In this document: positions 13,062 through 26,337 of the stretch, piece after piece
Layout of the letters: each line of letters opens with the position of its first letter
Position numbering within the stretch: position 1 is the stretch's first letter
Source of the DNA: Tubiluchus corallicola
Lineage: Eukaryota; Animalia; Priapulida
Direction: 5' to 3'
Assembly: GCA_030141605.1 (NCBI GenBank)
Contig: JAQGDQ010000051.1
Span: forward strand, 434,001-498,000
Length of the DNA stretch: 64,000 nt
Notes under the pieces: model-generated
What the model was told of the DNA's origin: nothing
The model's database searches: none
The model's input: only the letters and a program-made list of their open reading frames with translations
Program-made: the position numbers and the translations under genes

Positions 13062-14974
13062 CAAGATGTAGAAGTTATTAATATTAATTTCTGATTTGTC
13101 CACAAAGTATTTGAAGACAGGCCCGAATGAGATAACTCTGACTGACTGACTAACTGTAATACGTGTGATATTAAATTTATGATATGTATGTTGCTCTATT
13201 GTATACGTGCACTTTCTACCACATTCATGTGGTTTCTTTGTTTCGATGTATAATGTTTTTTAAATCTAGGTTTCTCTTTGTCTCTTGTAATTTGCTTTGT
13301 TCAATGGTTCAATAAATAAGTATTAAACAGTTAAGAAATATGATAGATATTTTCTGTGAATAAAAGAATATAAGCAAAAGATAAAAATAATTATTCATTT
13401 TCGAGCTAAGATAATTTTAATAAGATTAAGGGTAAAGGTGCTTTTACATCGGCAAGTGAAAACCATCAATTATTAAAGCCATTTTGCTAACATAAGACAA
13501 AGCATTGACTACTGCAAAGCATTTCTGATCCCAAATTATCATGATTATGTAATAAACAAGCTTATAAATGGCTAATAGGATCGCCGTTATTTGCCAGCAA
13601 ATTTGATTAAATCACACGACAATTTCCTGCAAATGATAGTGAATTGTTTTTGACGTAATCATCGTGTAATGTGCAGGTAATTTGCTCTCCATTACGCGCT
13701 GGCGTAACGACTGTGAAGCAGCTATCAGCCAACGCAGAGCACCATTAGGGGCAATTTGCTGCTATTAGCCTGTTATTTGTCCACAGAAACGACATCGTAA
13801 TTGCGGACTGCTGTCATCCTCTCCAATAAGCCGCCTGTTAATGTTTTTCGAAAACAAAAAGTGGCAGTCATTTATTAAATTTGAGCGCTTCGCAATATCG
13901 TCAAGCGTTATCGCTAAGCGACAGAAGTGCCTCGCGCGCCTAGCTTTATAGCTTTCCTCAAAGAAGCTATTAGGTTGATAGGCGGACAATTGGCCAATCT
14001 TCATTGCGCTTGTGTTCAATATGCCTTTATGGCCTGTTTATATTATGTAATATAGAATCATGGTATGGCTTGTCATTGATTTGGCGCTCTCCATCTAACA
14101 ATGAACTGGAAATGTGTATTTATACGTAACTTATGCTTATAATTAAGCATCGCATTTATCAAAATAGCCATTAAAACTCACTTTATTGTAGAGGCTTGAT
14201 CGTCCCAATGCCTGCAATAGATATTTGTTTCAAAAAATTGAATTCTGCAATATTAGGTAATGCAAATTTTGCAATTCGACAGAAAATAATGTTTTATCTT
14301 CATTACATCGGTATTATAAAATGTGAATGATTAGACTTAAATCTTGATTTAATTTTGCAACATGGTAACATAAATGATGTAATAGAAATATGAGCATGCC
14401 GCAACGCATAAGTATAGGAAACACAATTATACACAAATAATTAAATAAATAAATAAAATTTATTTTATAAAACATTGTAAGACATTTATCTTACTGTACA
14501 TCGGATGTAAAACGTACGCCATTTAAATCATATATTTTTTGTCATTTTACTGTTGCAATTTTTGGACTATATATAACTTATATAATTTTAATAAGCTAAA
14601 ATCTGCATACTACAATGCCAAGGGTAACATCTTTCAAAGATAGATATGGTACTCGAGTTCCACAATCTGTGTTGAAAATGATATTAACAATTTTGCGTAA
14701 ATATACATGTAATCTCAGATGCCGTGTTTTAAACTCTTGTAATAGTTCCTTAAAGCATGTAACTTAATTTGCCATAGTGATGCTTTTATATGCTACAAAA
14801 TTTTTGCCCATTGGAATGAAATTTTAATGCACTTTAAATGTATGTCACTTATGTAAATATTCTCTTGCTCTTTCTCCTTCTAATTTTTTAAATAGTCTTC
14901 ATAACTAGTTTTTATTGGTAATTGTATTTTTATCTAACGTCTACGAGCTGAAATAAAGAATAAAATAAAATAAA

Positions 14975-15640
14975 AGACTAAAGCGCATTTTCAATCAAGG
15001 TACTTTCAAAGGCGCTGTACATAAAACGATGTAATAAATACAATTAAGCAATTAATTACAAATCACCTGTAAGGAGAGAAATTATAGTAAAATAGGTTGT
15101 TACTGAAATTGATTTTATTAATTTTTAAAGATATGTGTCTTCAAGAGTTTTGTAAATAGTTGTACAATAAAAAGTGGTAAAGAATTCCAGTATTTCGGTG
15201 CAACAGAACAAAGCCACAAGTCGGTAAAAGTCTTTTTTCTTTTAAAAGGTTCCAAAAGTTGTTACGGGAAGATCTGTTTTCCCGTTGTGTTTATGTAACC
15301 TATCAGTCAGAAAGTCCGCGTAAAGCTTTGTATGTGAGAACTACCAGTTATTCCACATACCTAATTCTAATCGGTAAGCAGCAATCGGTAAAACATAGAA
15401 GCAGTAACACTATCGTAGTTTTCTACACCAACAGCAATCTTTGTTCCTAAATTCTGAAGACGCTGCATGTAATACATTGGATGGTGCAGTCAGGTAGCCC
15501 GGTGAATATTGAATTAACACCAATGCAGACGTTAAACATTTCATACAGTCATTAGATAAGAATTTTTTGATCTTGATAATGCTGCTTTTTGCGTTTATGA
15601 TTCTAACGCGTAAATTCATGCTAAGTCACACAAGTAAGCT
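14975..15640 (-). pseudogene. L2/CR1-type LINE 3' fragment
   Basis: Minus strand IKKFLSNDCMKCLTSALVL and SVAPKYWNSLP. Confidence 0.6.
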
Positions 15641-15662
15641 GAGCAATTAATTCTGCCTTATA

Positions 15663-16288
15663 TGTGTTTTAACATCAGCTGATCGATGATAATGTATTGT
15701 TGCTTCTGTGTTTAACATCAGCTGATCGATGCTAATCTACTGTTGCTTCTGTGTTTTAACATCAGCTGATCGATGATAATGTACTGTTGCTTCTGTGTTT
15801 TAAAATCAGCTGATCGATGATAATGTACTGTTGCTTCTGTGTTTTAACATCAGCTGATCGATGATAATGTACTGTTGCTTCTGTGTTTTAAAATCAGCTG
15901 ATCGATGATAATGTACTGTTGCTTCTGTGTTTTAACATCAGCTGATCGATGATAATGTACTGTTGCTTCTGTGTTTTAAAATCAGCTGATCGATGATAAT
16001 GTACTGTTGCTTCTGTGTTTTAACATCAGCTGATCGATGATAATGTACTGTTGTTTCTGTGTTTTAAAATCAGCTGATCGATGATAATGTACTGTTGCTT
16101 CTGTGTTTTAAAATCAGCTGATCGATGATAATGTACTGTTGCTTCTGTGTTTTAACATCAGCTGATCGATGATAATGTACTGCTGCTTCTGTGTTTTAAC
16201 ATTAGCTGATCGATGATAATGTACTGTTGCTTCTGTGTTTTAACATCAGCTGATCGATGATAATGTACTGTTGCTTCTGTGTTTTTTT
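15663..16288. repeat. 44-bp minisatellite, 14 copies
   Basis: Unit TGTGTTTTAA(C/A)ATCAGCTGATCGATGATAATGTACTGTTGCTTC, near-identical and head-to-tail. Confidence 0.97.
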
Positions 16289-17954
16289 AATTGTTCTTGT
16301 TAACTCAAAATAAGTAAATACAAATAACAGCTAATTTTTGTTGTCTGCGTCCAAATCTTATTTATTTATTGCGTATTCCATTTTTAAATTAAAATTATAT
16401 TATGTACTGTTGCTTCTCTAACTATGTTGTTACACAATTACTTAAATAAAAAGTAAAATTCAAATTTACTCTGAAATAGTAAAAAGGCACGCAAATGAGA
16501 AGCACAAGGCAGAAATAAAAACTACAAAATTAAACTGCATTACTGTAACACAGAGAGCTAAAAGCTACTCGCGAGTGTGATCTGCGACAAAATAAAAAGT
16601 TTGTAAGATTTATTTTTTCTAGTCTTCTTAAAAAGCAATTTGGCTTATTAATCCGACGATGTATCATAAAACTATAGCATAAGTTATATCATAAAACTTT
16701 TAGCATTAATTTTGTTTAATTTTTAATTTAGTACAATTTGTCATGTATTCATTTATTATTTACTTCTCTTGATTAGTATTATATTGTATATTATTTTTAA
16801 ATTTCAGCGTTAGTCTTAATTTTTCAGTGTCTTTCATTTACTGTGTACATTTTATTTACAAAATAAACTGATTGCCTGATATTTTGATTCTATAAGAAGT
16901 GACTCTTTGTGTTTAATAACAGTGGTTAAATTCACAGACAACACGTGGTTTTAGCTTCTCATGGTAGGCGTACAGTTGGTCTACTTGTAATTTACTTTCC
17001 AAAGAGTGGTATCCAAAATAGGTGCATCCGAAAAGGCCTCTAACCTCCGCATTGCTAATATGATTTTCAATCACTGTTTGTCTTAGATTCCACAAATGAC
17101 AATCCGTTTGTAACAGGAGCGGGGTTTTCATGAAAACACTTCAAAATAGGTCCCCTTAAATAGATAGATACAGATAGTGGAATCCAAATATGTGAAAATT
17201 AATACTCATTGCTTACCTCTTAATGAGTAAATGGCTTTGTTTTATGTTACATATATGAGAATATCACGGCGAAATGTACCGCTGTATAGAGTTATTCCAA
17301 AGTGAGTAGCCTAATAAATAACAATGTTACATGTCTGCTGTCAAGTGCCTTCAATAGTTCGGTTGTTATATAGCGAATCAACGGTAGAAAAAACTTCCAA
17401 ATTTATTATGGTATTCATTTACTGACAATAAGTTGAACGTTTTAATAAAGTTGTACCTTAAAGCTTTATTGATGGTGTCGTTTGAAACAGTTAGTGTGTC
17501 GTAGATTCCATACGGGATAAATTACCATATTCTTACCAATTTTGCGATTTTCGTAAGATTTGTTTCTTATGATCAAGGTATTTCACTTGCAAGAAAATAA
17601 ATAATCACAGGAAGATAAAAAAAAAACTGAATGCTGATTATTTTGTTATTAGTATGTTTTTCAGCGCGGATGAAGATGCAAAAAGTAATTGTAAATTTAA
17701 TACAATATTTTTTCATAAATTATTTTAAATTTTGGTCATGAAATAATTTCTAGTTATCGGAAATGTTTTTGGCTTTCAATGTTTGTTCCATAGCAAGGAC
17801 GCAAAGACATTATAACTTTAGCACCATTTGTTTACTTCTAAGTATATATTGCACAAAACAATTTTTTTATAAAGTTTATAATAAAACTGCAATCTACCTA
17901 CACTAACAGTCTGAACGTATCTTTTTCATTTTGAAACCCGGTAATGATTTCTTA

Positions 17955-18030
17955 CAAAGGGCGTGCTATGAATGTGGACGCATGATTTATGCTTGCCGCT
18001 GATTGGTTGACAACAATTCAGCCCCGCTGT
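17955..18030 (+). promoter_or_regulatory. Putative engrailed proximal promoter (GC-box-like and reverse CCAAT elements)
   Basis: GGGCGTG (~17959), GATTGG (18001-18006, reverse CCAAT) and GCCCCGC (~18021) clustered 100-160 nt upstream of the ATG in otherwise AT-rich DNA. Confidence 0.45.
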
Positions 18031-18120
18031 CCTAATCAAATCCTAAGTGGTGTCATCATTCTGACGCTGTGTGCTCAACATCGAACAAAATTTTATCGTT
18101 TAGTTCATCTGTTTATTAAT

Positions 18121-18475
18121 ATGGAAGAAGCTCAAAAACATTATTCGAATGGCGAAAATAAAACTGAGTCTATAATTTGTGGCGCTGATGATACAAATAA
18201 CGAGAGCTTAAAAGCAAAATACGTTGTTTTGAACAGTAAAGAAAGCGGACCGTCCACATACAATATGAATGAGCAGAAAGATAGTGCGGCTATCATTACT
18301 TTCTCTATTGAAAACATTTTACGGCCAGACTTTGGAAAAACGGAAACATACAAACTGAAAAATGCCATAATGAAACAGTTTAACACTAGTGAAGAGATTC
18401 AGCATGTCTGCCAACCTCAAATGCTGTGGCCAGCCTGGGTTTACTGCACCAGATATTCAGACAGACCATCTTCGG
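18121..18475 (+). CDS. en: Engrailed homeobox transcription factor, coding exon 1 (EH1 + EH2)
   Basis: Encodes EH1 Groucho-binding motif [12 protein letters not shown] (18301-18336) and EH2 [18 protein letters not shown]; phase-1 donor G|GTAAGC at 18475/18476, the conserved engrailed intron position. ATG 18121 (aatATGG) chosen as start; an in-frame ATG also exists at 17989. Confidence 0.96.
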
Positions 18476-20409
18476 GTAAGCTATCTTTGAACTTTTCTTC
18501 CCTATTTGAACAAAAATCTTTGTTTAAATTTTGAGTTGAAAAGTTTGCATGTCATAACTTGGATTACATTCTATTTAAAGAAATTTTTTCGTAACAATGT
18601 ACCTTCGTTTTGAAAACTAAACATGCAGATGAAAGTAAGTAGTATTTCTCATTCTCCTAAATTTTATTGACATCTTTTGTTCCCCGAAAACGCTGCAAGT
18701 ATGCTGCGTATGAACAATGACTAATAATTTTGACTGAGTGATGGTAGTATTTGTAATATCTTTTTTACTAATCTTAGCTTTAAAATTTAAATGCTAATAA
18801 ATGTTGCATGGGCCAATATTGTTTTTGTAAACCACTACACATTAAAACACAATGGCGTTTTATTTTGTATGTGTAAATCTGGTTTAGTATATGCATGTAA
18901 ACATCCGAAACTGTGAACTGAGCATGTGATAATTGAAAAAATGTGTGCATATATAGTGAAATGTGATTTAAGATGTGTATTTTTTATAATGTGGAATACT
19001 GTCTTAACTTTGTGATAACATTGTAAATTGTAAATGCTTTTCACTTTGTATAGTAACTTTAATATTTTTAGTGTAATTTTTAATCATTTTAAATGTTAAT
19101 AGTAGGCCCTTTTTATGCTGAAATAAATCGCAATCAATAAATATATATATTTATACTAAGCCAAATTTACACACACAAAATAAAATGGTGCACAGAATAG
19201 ATTTTTGCAATCCTATCCGTGTGTATTTCTTATTTCTTCGCACTACATCCAGTTTTTTTAATACATGTAGTAGCAAAGTAGCGTTTCTCATATATGGTAC
19301 ACATATATGGGGTCGGCACAAAAAACAAGCTTTTTTTAAAATACCATACAGCCAAGCATTTTTGTCCTATTTTTATGTAAATTTTTGATAAGAAAGCCCG
19401 TAAACACGATTAAAAAAGATATAGTACTGATTGCATCGAACTTGTGGACGCGTTCACTTTATTTTATTCATTTTATTATTTATTCGTTTATTTTGTTTTA
19501 TTTTTCAGATTCCTAAATTTTAAAAAGCACTGCTTTTTACAGAAAACGATAAAATAATTATTAAATGGTCTAGGATTGATAAATGATATTGCCCGATAAG
19601 GGAAATGTTTCAACAAGAAATGGTCAACAACAGGCATTGATAAATTGCTAAAGAAAATGGTGTCACTGGCATAGGTTTGTGTTTTAAATTTAGAAATCTG
19701 AAAAAATAAAAATAAAATGAACCCAATAATTGTACTAATAAATGTTTTTTTTCATTTTTATGGGTTTAGTGACAATGTCAAGTATAAAATCCTTATTTTT
19801 TGGACTTTCTTAGCATAAATTAAGGGGTTAGTGCTAATTTGTTTGTAGTTTACCCTCTTAGAACAACATACAAATTAGGTAAAAGTTCTCGAATCTAAAA
19901 TTTCCTTCTGTGCCATTTAAAAAAAGGCTTATTTTTTCTGTTTTTCCTGTATATGTTATATATAATGTTCACATAGGTAGTATTTTCTTTCCTGGTAAAA
20001 CTTCAGGAATTCAATTCGATTCACTAGTCGCAAATCTGCAGCAAACTTGTGAGTTAATTTAAAATTCCAGACACCTTTTATACGATATTTCTATTTTTCA
20101 GTGTTACATACTGGCCAGAAATGCCATATCAAATTGCAATAGTTAAAGTTTGCAAATGTGAAAAGTTCAAAGATTAATTTAACATTGTTTTTTCTTTCTG
20201 TGCAGCTAGTGAATGTGCGCAATGTATTTATCTGGACTGGGGGAGGGGATGTATTTATCTGGACTGGGGGAGGGGAAGAGCTCCGAGGAATACTTAACTC
20301 TTGCAGGGCGTTCAGACTAGAGAGTTTTCTCTCGCGAGTTCTTTCCGAGCGAAGTCTGTCGCGAGTTTTGCTGAGTGTCAGCTAGCGCTTACTGTCGGAG
20401 AGAACTCTC

Positions 20410-21480
20410 ATGTAAAAACGACCGTTTTTGTAAAAACATTAACCACTTTTATCAAAACATGCCGTTTTTACTAAAATGGTAACCACTTTTGTAAAAACAG
20501 TATTTTTGTATTGCAACATTGATTGTGTTGCTCTTGGTTGGTGTCATTTAACTGTGTTTTACAGCTAATTAATTGGTAAGCAACTTAACTGCAGACGTTA
20601 AAATTTTCATTTCTGTACATGCAGGAATCTCCACCTAGCTCTTTTCTGACCTGATTTCACACATGTTCTATTGGGATTCGATTCCCTTCTTGAGTAGTAT
20701 CCCAATAGGGATTCTTATGTGATACCCTACTTATAGACAAATACAAAGAACAGTATTGATTACAACAAGAGTACACCACAGAGACAATTACAAAGTAAAA
20801 ATGTTTATTTTTATCGCATGATTTCAAGCAATTATTATCACAAAGATGTGAGTGAATCATTGTTATTATTATTCAAACAAACAAAGTAAAAAACTCTTAA
20901 AAAGTATTGTTTTGGACCTTTTTAATCACATCTTTTAATATATTAATCAGAGGAGTTACACCGTCTTCTACAAAAGGCCATTGGTAATCAGGAATTGTCC
21001 TGTCATTTCATTGATTATTATTGGAATTTTTTTTGCCCATAGGTGCACCAGTTTTTCACACAGACCCAAGTTGATATTGAAAAGCAAATTCTGTATTCAG
21101 GGATTAAAATCGAAAATCGAGAAATATGATAACAAATCAGCTGTATTCCTGTGACATTTATACTGCTGTCTCTTATGGGACTGGGTTATCACAATATGCA
21201 CGCTGAGAATTAGGTGAGAAAATGTTGCACCATATTGTGTCACCAGATCCTGCAATGCTTGTGTTGCGTATATTTTCGAATCTGGTGTAAATTGATATGT
21301 CATTCAAAAAAGGGGCCATCCTTAATATAATTGGCAATTTTTGCAAAAGTGGTTAACGTTTTTACAAAATTGGTGGCCTAGTTTTTTTTTTACAAAAGTG
21401 GGCATTTTTTTAGAAAAATGATAGCCTCTGCTTTTACAAAACTGCTCAGATTTTTACAAAAGTGGTCGCCATTTTACATT
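20410..21480. mobile_element. Internally deleted DNA transposon with subterminal repeats (in engrailed intron)
   Basis: ACCACTTTTGTAAAA-type units at 20410-20510 are inverted relative to TTTTACAAAAGTGG units at 21338-21480; minus-strand relic PDYQWPFVEDG. Confidence 0.6.
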
Positions 21481-21829
21481 TTAGGTACCAACATTTTACA
21501 AGTTAAGATGCCGTTTTTTGGTTATTGATTTTTATGTACTGCATTGATAACATAAAAATGATACAGTCAGATAGATATTCAGTAAATAAATAAATGCATG
21601 AAGTAAATGCCTGTAAATGAAATTGTTAAATTCGCGTGAAACACTGTGAGGCAGTTTCAACAGTGCAATTCTAGTTTTGCTCGGAATTTTTGAGTCTCTC
21701 ACTTGCGAATAACTTTATAAAGCCGTTCATTTCGCTCATATGCTGGTCTTATCGTTCATATTACAATATTATGGAGTTCATATAATGATGTTAATCATAA
21801 TATATAACTTTGCCATTTACTATCTAATG

Positions 21830-22640
21830 GAAAAATTTTATGCAATATATTGATTTTCAAAAGGCTTTTGATACTGTTAGCGACCCGAAATTAATGTTAA
21901 TATTTTAGTTGTTTGGAGTGAAAGGGCGTTTGCTTTATTTGTCAGAAAGACAACAACGGGTCGTGATTGGAAAAATATATTTCTTCGTATGTAATCCAGC
22001 GGTGTAGCTCGAGGCAGTGTGCTTGGCTCTATTTTCTTTTTGCTTTTCATTAATGATGTTACTGAAATTACAAAGGTTAATAATACCGAAACTTTTTGCC
22101 AATGATGTAAAATTATATCAGTATCTCGACAGATGGCAATAGTGACTTAAAGACTCTGTTACAAAGGATTGTAAATTGGGCCAACAACAGGCTTCTGAAA
22201 TAACCGTAAAGTATTTGACGTTGGGAAAAATAATCACAAGAATGTACATTACATCAATAGTTGCGAAATTCCAGACTTTGCTCTTGTTAAAGACCTAGGT
22301 GTTATGGTGTGACACGACTTAAAAGGCAAGAGCACATTGCATTGAAATTTCTACATGTGTCGATAGAATAACGGACATGATCTTTCGCAGTTTTCGTATT
22401 AAAAATAAGAACGTTGTCTTTAAAGCATTTAAAGTTTATGGGAGGCCTGTAATAGAATATAATTGTTCCCCTATATGGAGTCTGTTATTGCATGCGGATG
22501 TCAATATTGTCGAAAATGTACAAATATATTTTACAAGGCGATTATGCTATAAATTACCTCAGAAATCTAATCAGAAAGAATCAAAACAGTTCATTTAAGA
22601 TCGTTAGATGAGAGATGATTGCTAAACGATTTGGTCCCGT
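21830..22640 (+). pseudogene. CR1-type LINE RT fragment
   Basis: IDFQK/AFDTVS, SGVARGSVLGSILFLLFINDV, LFANDVKLY, KDLGV, RPVIEYNCSPIWS, ENVQIYFTRRL. Confidence 0.85.
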
Positions 22641-22871
22641 CACAGGTACACTAACACTACAATTCTTTGTTTGCTCTAATCAGAATTGTTGGGCATGATT
22701 ATAATGACAAATAACTTGTATTTCTTAGTATAATTAGCCTTAAATAATTTTTTAACCAATTTTAAATTTTAGTTTCGTTCACAAGTTTTTCTTACTTGCT
22801 TACTTTTCCCCGTGGATCTGCAAATTTTTTTAGATTTTCTAGCCAGTATTGTTTACTGTTACTTTTCAATT

Positions 22872-23310
22872 TAATATTAGTAGGCCATATAGTGCGTTCA
22901 AATGATTACATCAATTCAAACCTCGACTCGACAAATATCTTCAGAAAGAGTATGGGTTTTAAAATTAGATTAGTGTAAGGTATGCATTGCTACTATTAGA
23001 TGTTGCATGGGCCAATATTGTTTTTGTAAACCACTACACAATTGGCGTTTTATTTTGTATGTGTTAATCTGGTTTAGTATATGCATGTAAACATCCGAAA
23101 CTGTGAACTGAGCATGTGATAATTGAAAAAATGTGTGCATATATAGTGAAATGTGATTTCAGATGTGTATTTTTAATATGTGTAATATTAGTAGGCCATA
23201 TAGTGCGTTCAAATGATTACATCAATTCAAACCTCGACTCGACAAATATCTTCAGAAAGAGTATGGGTTTTAAAATTAGATTAGTGTAAGGTATGCATTG
23301 CTACTATTAG
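22872..23310. repeat. 128-bp direct repeat (22872-22999, 23183-23310) flanking a copy of 18801-~18995
   Basis: Direct sequence comparison; the flanking copies appear identical. Confidence 0.92.
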
Positions 23311-23932
23311 GTATCAGCACTTGCTGCATTGTCGTCCGTCTAATTGCATCAGCGAGTAGGTTGGACGGCATGGCTGCGATAACGTGAGAGCTGTTGTTAT
23401 AGTTTAGTTTATTAGAGGTTGCTGTTTATTTCAAGACATTAAGTTGCGAACTTAATGAGTCTTGTACGGCGGACATTAGGAACATTAGAATAAGATTAGA
23501 TTAGAATATTTCGGCATAACAAGCCCTTAGAAAAGCAGGAAAACATTACACACTATTTTACAATAAAATACTACAATAAAACCTACACTCAAAATACTAC
23601 TGTATACAATACATGCAGTAAATAAACATTCGTATCTACCACATTCGACGATTATTAGACAGTCTATTGTTCCACATCTTAAAATGACGAGATTAGATGA
23701 TTCGTAGGGAGCTGACAACAGTTATTAGATGTTTATTGTTAACAAGTTGTAGTAACCGTTATCTGACACTGTGACGGGCTTTCCTACAAATTTGCTGGTG
23801 CGAAAAAATGTGGAATTGATAAATTTATACACATGGCACAAGCACTACAATCATAATTATGGTAATTTAAACAGCTTCCTGATATCATTGTTATACACAA
23901 CGCGTATTTTGTTAAATTTTGTTCTTAATGAC

Positions 23933-24075
<143 letters not shown>

Positions 24076-24670
24076 TTTTAGAAAGACGTAATTTAACATC
24101 GAGGGAACACAGCGAGAATTTTCTAATTAATGAGTTAATACGTGCATAGACTAGATGAGTTTTATTAACTTTTAATGGATTGTCCACACGTTTAACCCTC
24201 TGCAACAATAACGGACAAGTACGCTAACTGGCATAAACATTGTAAAGCAATTCTAAGCTGTCTTCTTGGCGACTCACATTAACCCAGATGACGCCACGAC
24301 CGCGGCGTGCATTTCAAAATCAAGATAGAATAGAATAGAAATTTATCTTTACATGAATGCACATCAAAATTGTATTTAATACACCATTTCCACATGGTCC
24401 ATACATGATTAGTGCATTAAATAGATCATTTTAAATAAGTGAAATTGTACAGTAAACACTTTACATTAATAGCATACATTAAAATCAAATGGACATTTTA
24501 AATTAAAAAACCTAAGCATTAAGAACTAAGAATTTTGAATTGCTGATAAGTGTCACAAAATAAAGTCCTAAAGAAAAAATTTATAAGTTAAAAATTTAAA
24601 AACCAATTGAAAATTATTTACTAAAGGCAACAGAACTAAATTGGTAAAACGACATTTTAGATTAGATGTA

Positions 24671-25455
24671 GGGGAGACAGGGGATGATTGTAACATTTTG
24701 CATATTTTTACTTGTAAATACGTTCGGTGGCTTTGACATAAACTACTACTCAGACAGAGTTGACAATGTAGTTATTAGGATTAGGAGATTACGACACCAT
24801 GGAGATACCAAGGAAAATGTAACAACAAACCCCTCATTCGGGGGATGTTGTAACACAGCTTGGGGCAAGTTGAAACAATGGTTTTAAGTAGTTATTACAA
24901 GATTAGCTATGGCAAGATTTTTTGCAGTGCGCCTAGATTATAGTGTACTTTGTTACAAACTAACTGATATGAAGGTACAATATGGCAGAGGTACCAGAAA
25001 AAACGTATTCTGCTTGCAGTTCCTCATTTTAGGCACAGTGACTGCTACTTGTTTCATCTGCTGCTGTTCCGCTTAGATCTATGGTGTTATGCTAAAGCAA
25101 TTAACAAACAAAAATGCAAACAAATAAATAAAAGCGCATAGTTTATAGGGTCACATTAGAAGAAGTTCAGCATTTTATTGAAATGTTTACTAGGATGACG
25201 ACAACACATTAGTGAGATATGTTGACAAACAGGTCCCAACCAACCCAAGTGCATTTCGTGCCGAAAAATTATACTTTAAAAAAACATCTGAATATTTTTA
25301 AAAAACTTGCTATAGCAAAGCATGGTTGAAAGGCAGTACTTGTTTATTTACTACTTGATAGAATTTGAAACAACGTACTTTAATTAATAGATCAAACATT
25401 CCAAAAATCAAAACGCACGTAGTAGAAAGGTAGCCATTGTTACCTAGTCTTCCCA
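24671..25455. mobile_element. pogo/Tc1-mariner-like MITE
   Basis: TA|GGGGAGACAGGG...TTGTAACA left end and TGTTACCTAGTCTTCCCA|TA right end; internal repeats GGGGATGTTGTAACAC and GGGGCAAGTTGAAACA. Confidence 0.55.
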
Positions 25456-25469
25456 TAAACCTTATCCAA

Positions 25470-26337
25470 CTGTATTGCTGGACAATACGCCTTTAGCCTG
25501 GACAGATAAAGTCACTAATTTAGGTCACGTAATTACATGTCATTTAACGTTTGATGCTGATATTCTTAGTAAACGTGGCGATTTCATTTACCATGCTAAG
25601 TATATATGCCAACTTTTCATTTGCTTGCTCCGACTTAAAATGTAAACTACTTCAAACATATTGTCTAGGATATTACGGTTGCCAGAGTTGGAGGTTAAAT
25701 AATTCGAAAATACATTTTATTGATACCGCTTGGAATAATGCTACCCGTAAATTATGGAAACTGCCGTACACTTTCATTTTGCCCCATATTGCTGGTACCG
25801 TTCATCCGAGTAAGCACTTTTACTAAACGGTTTCCTAAATTCTATGTAGCATGTAAAAATTTTAGTAACTCGATAATTAACTTTATAGCCAAACATACAT
25901 TATATGACGTAAACTCAATAATGGGTTTTAACTTGCATAAAATTCTTATAGAAAATAATGTTACTCTAGAAGATGCATTTTAGATATTTTCATGTACTAT
26001 TTCGTAAAATTGTAAAAAGATGCGAACAATGGACTGTAAAGTTCCAGTCAGCTAGCGACAATAAACTTAGCAAAAGATTGTGTAAATTGTATTGAAAACA
26101 GGAATTTTAATTTTTTTTATCAAAGTATCAATTGAGAGAGATGTTAGAATATGTAGTATCGTTTTAAATTAATTGCTTTGTCCTTTTATATGTAAATAAC
26201 ATCCGTGCTTGTTTTTTGTTGTTGTTGTTGTCAGTGTTTACTACTAGTCTACTAATTTCTTTTAATTGAACTACTTATGTAACTTAACTGTACATGTGTG
26301 TTCGGAAATAAATGATGTTAATAATAATAATAATAAA
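25470..26337 (+). pseudogene. 5'-truncated LINE (post-RT region, 3' UTR, (TAA)n tail)
   Basis: WTDKVTNLGHVI, KCKLLQTYCLGYYGCQSW, AWNNATRKLWKLPY; AATAAA + (TAA)n at 26307-26337. Confidence 0.7.

Noticed and set aside
15663-16288. CRISPR-like array
   Set aside because: Units are head-to-tail with no unique spacers, no cas genes, eukaryotic context.
18476-18534. C-terminal KLSLNF... of the 181-aa track ORF
   Set aside because: Read-through into the intron past the conserved engrailed donor site.
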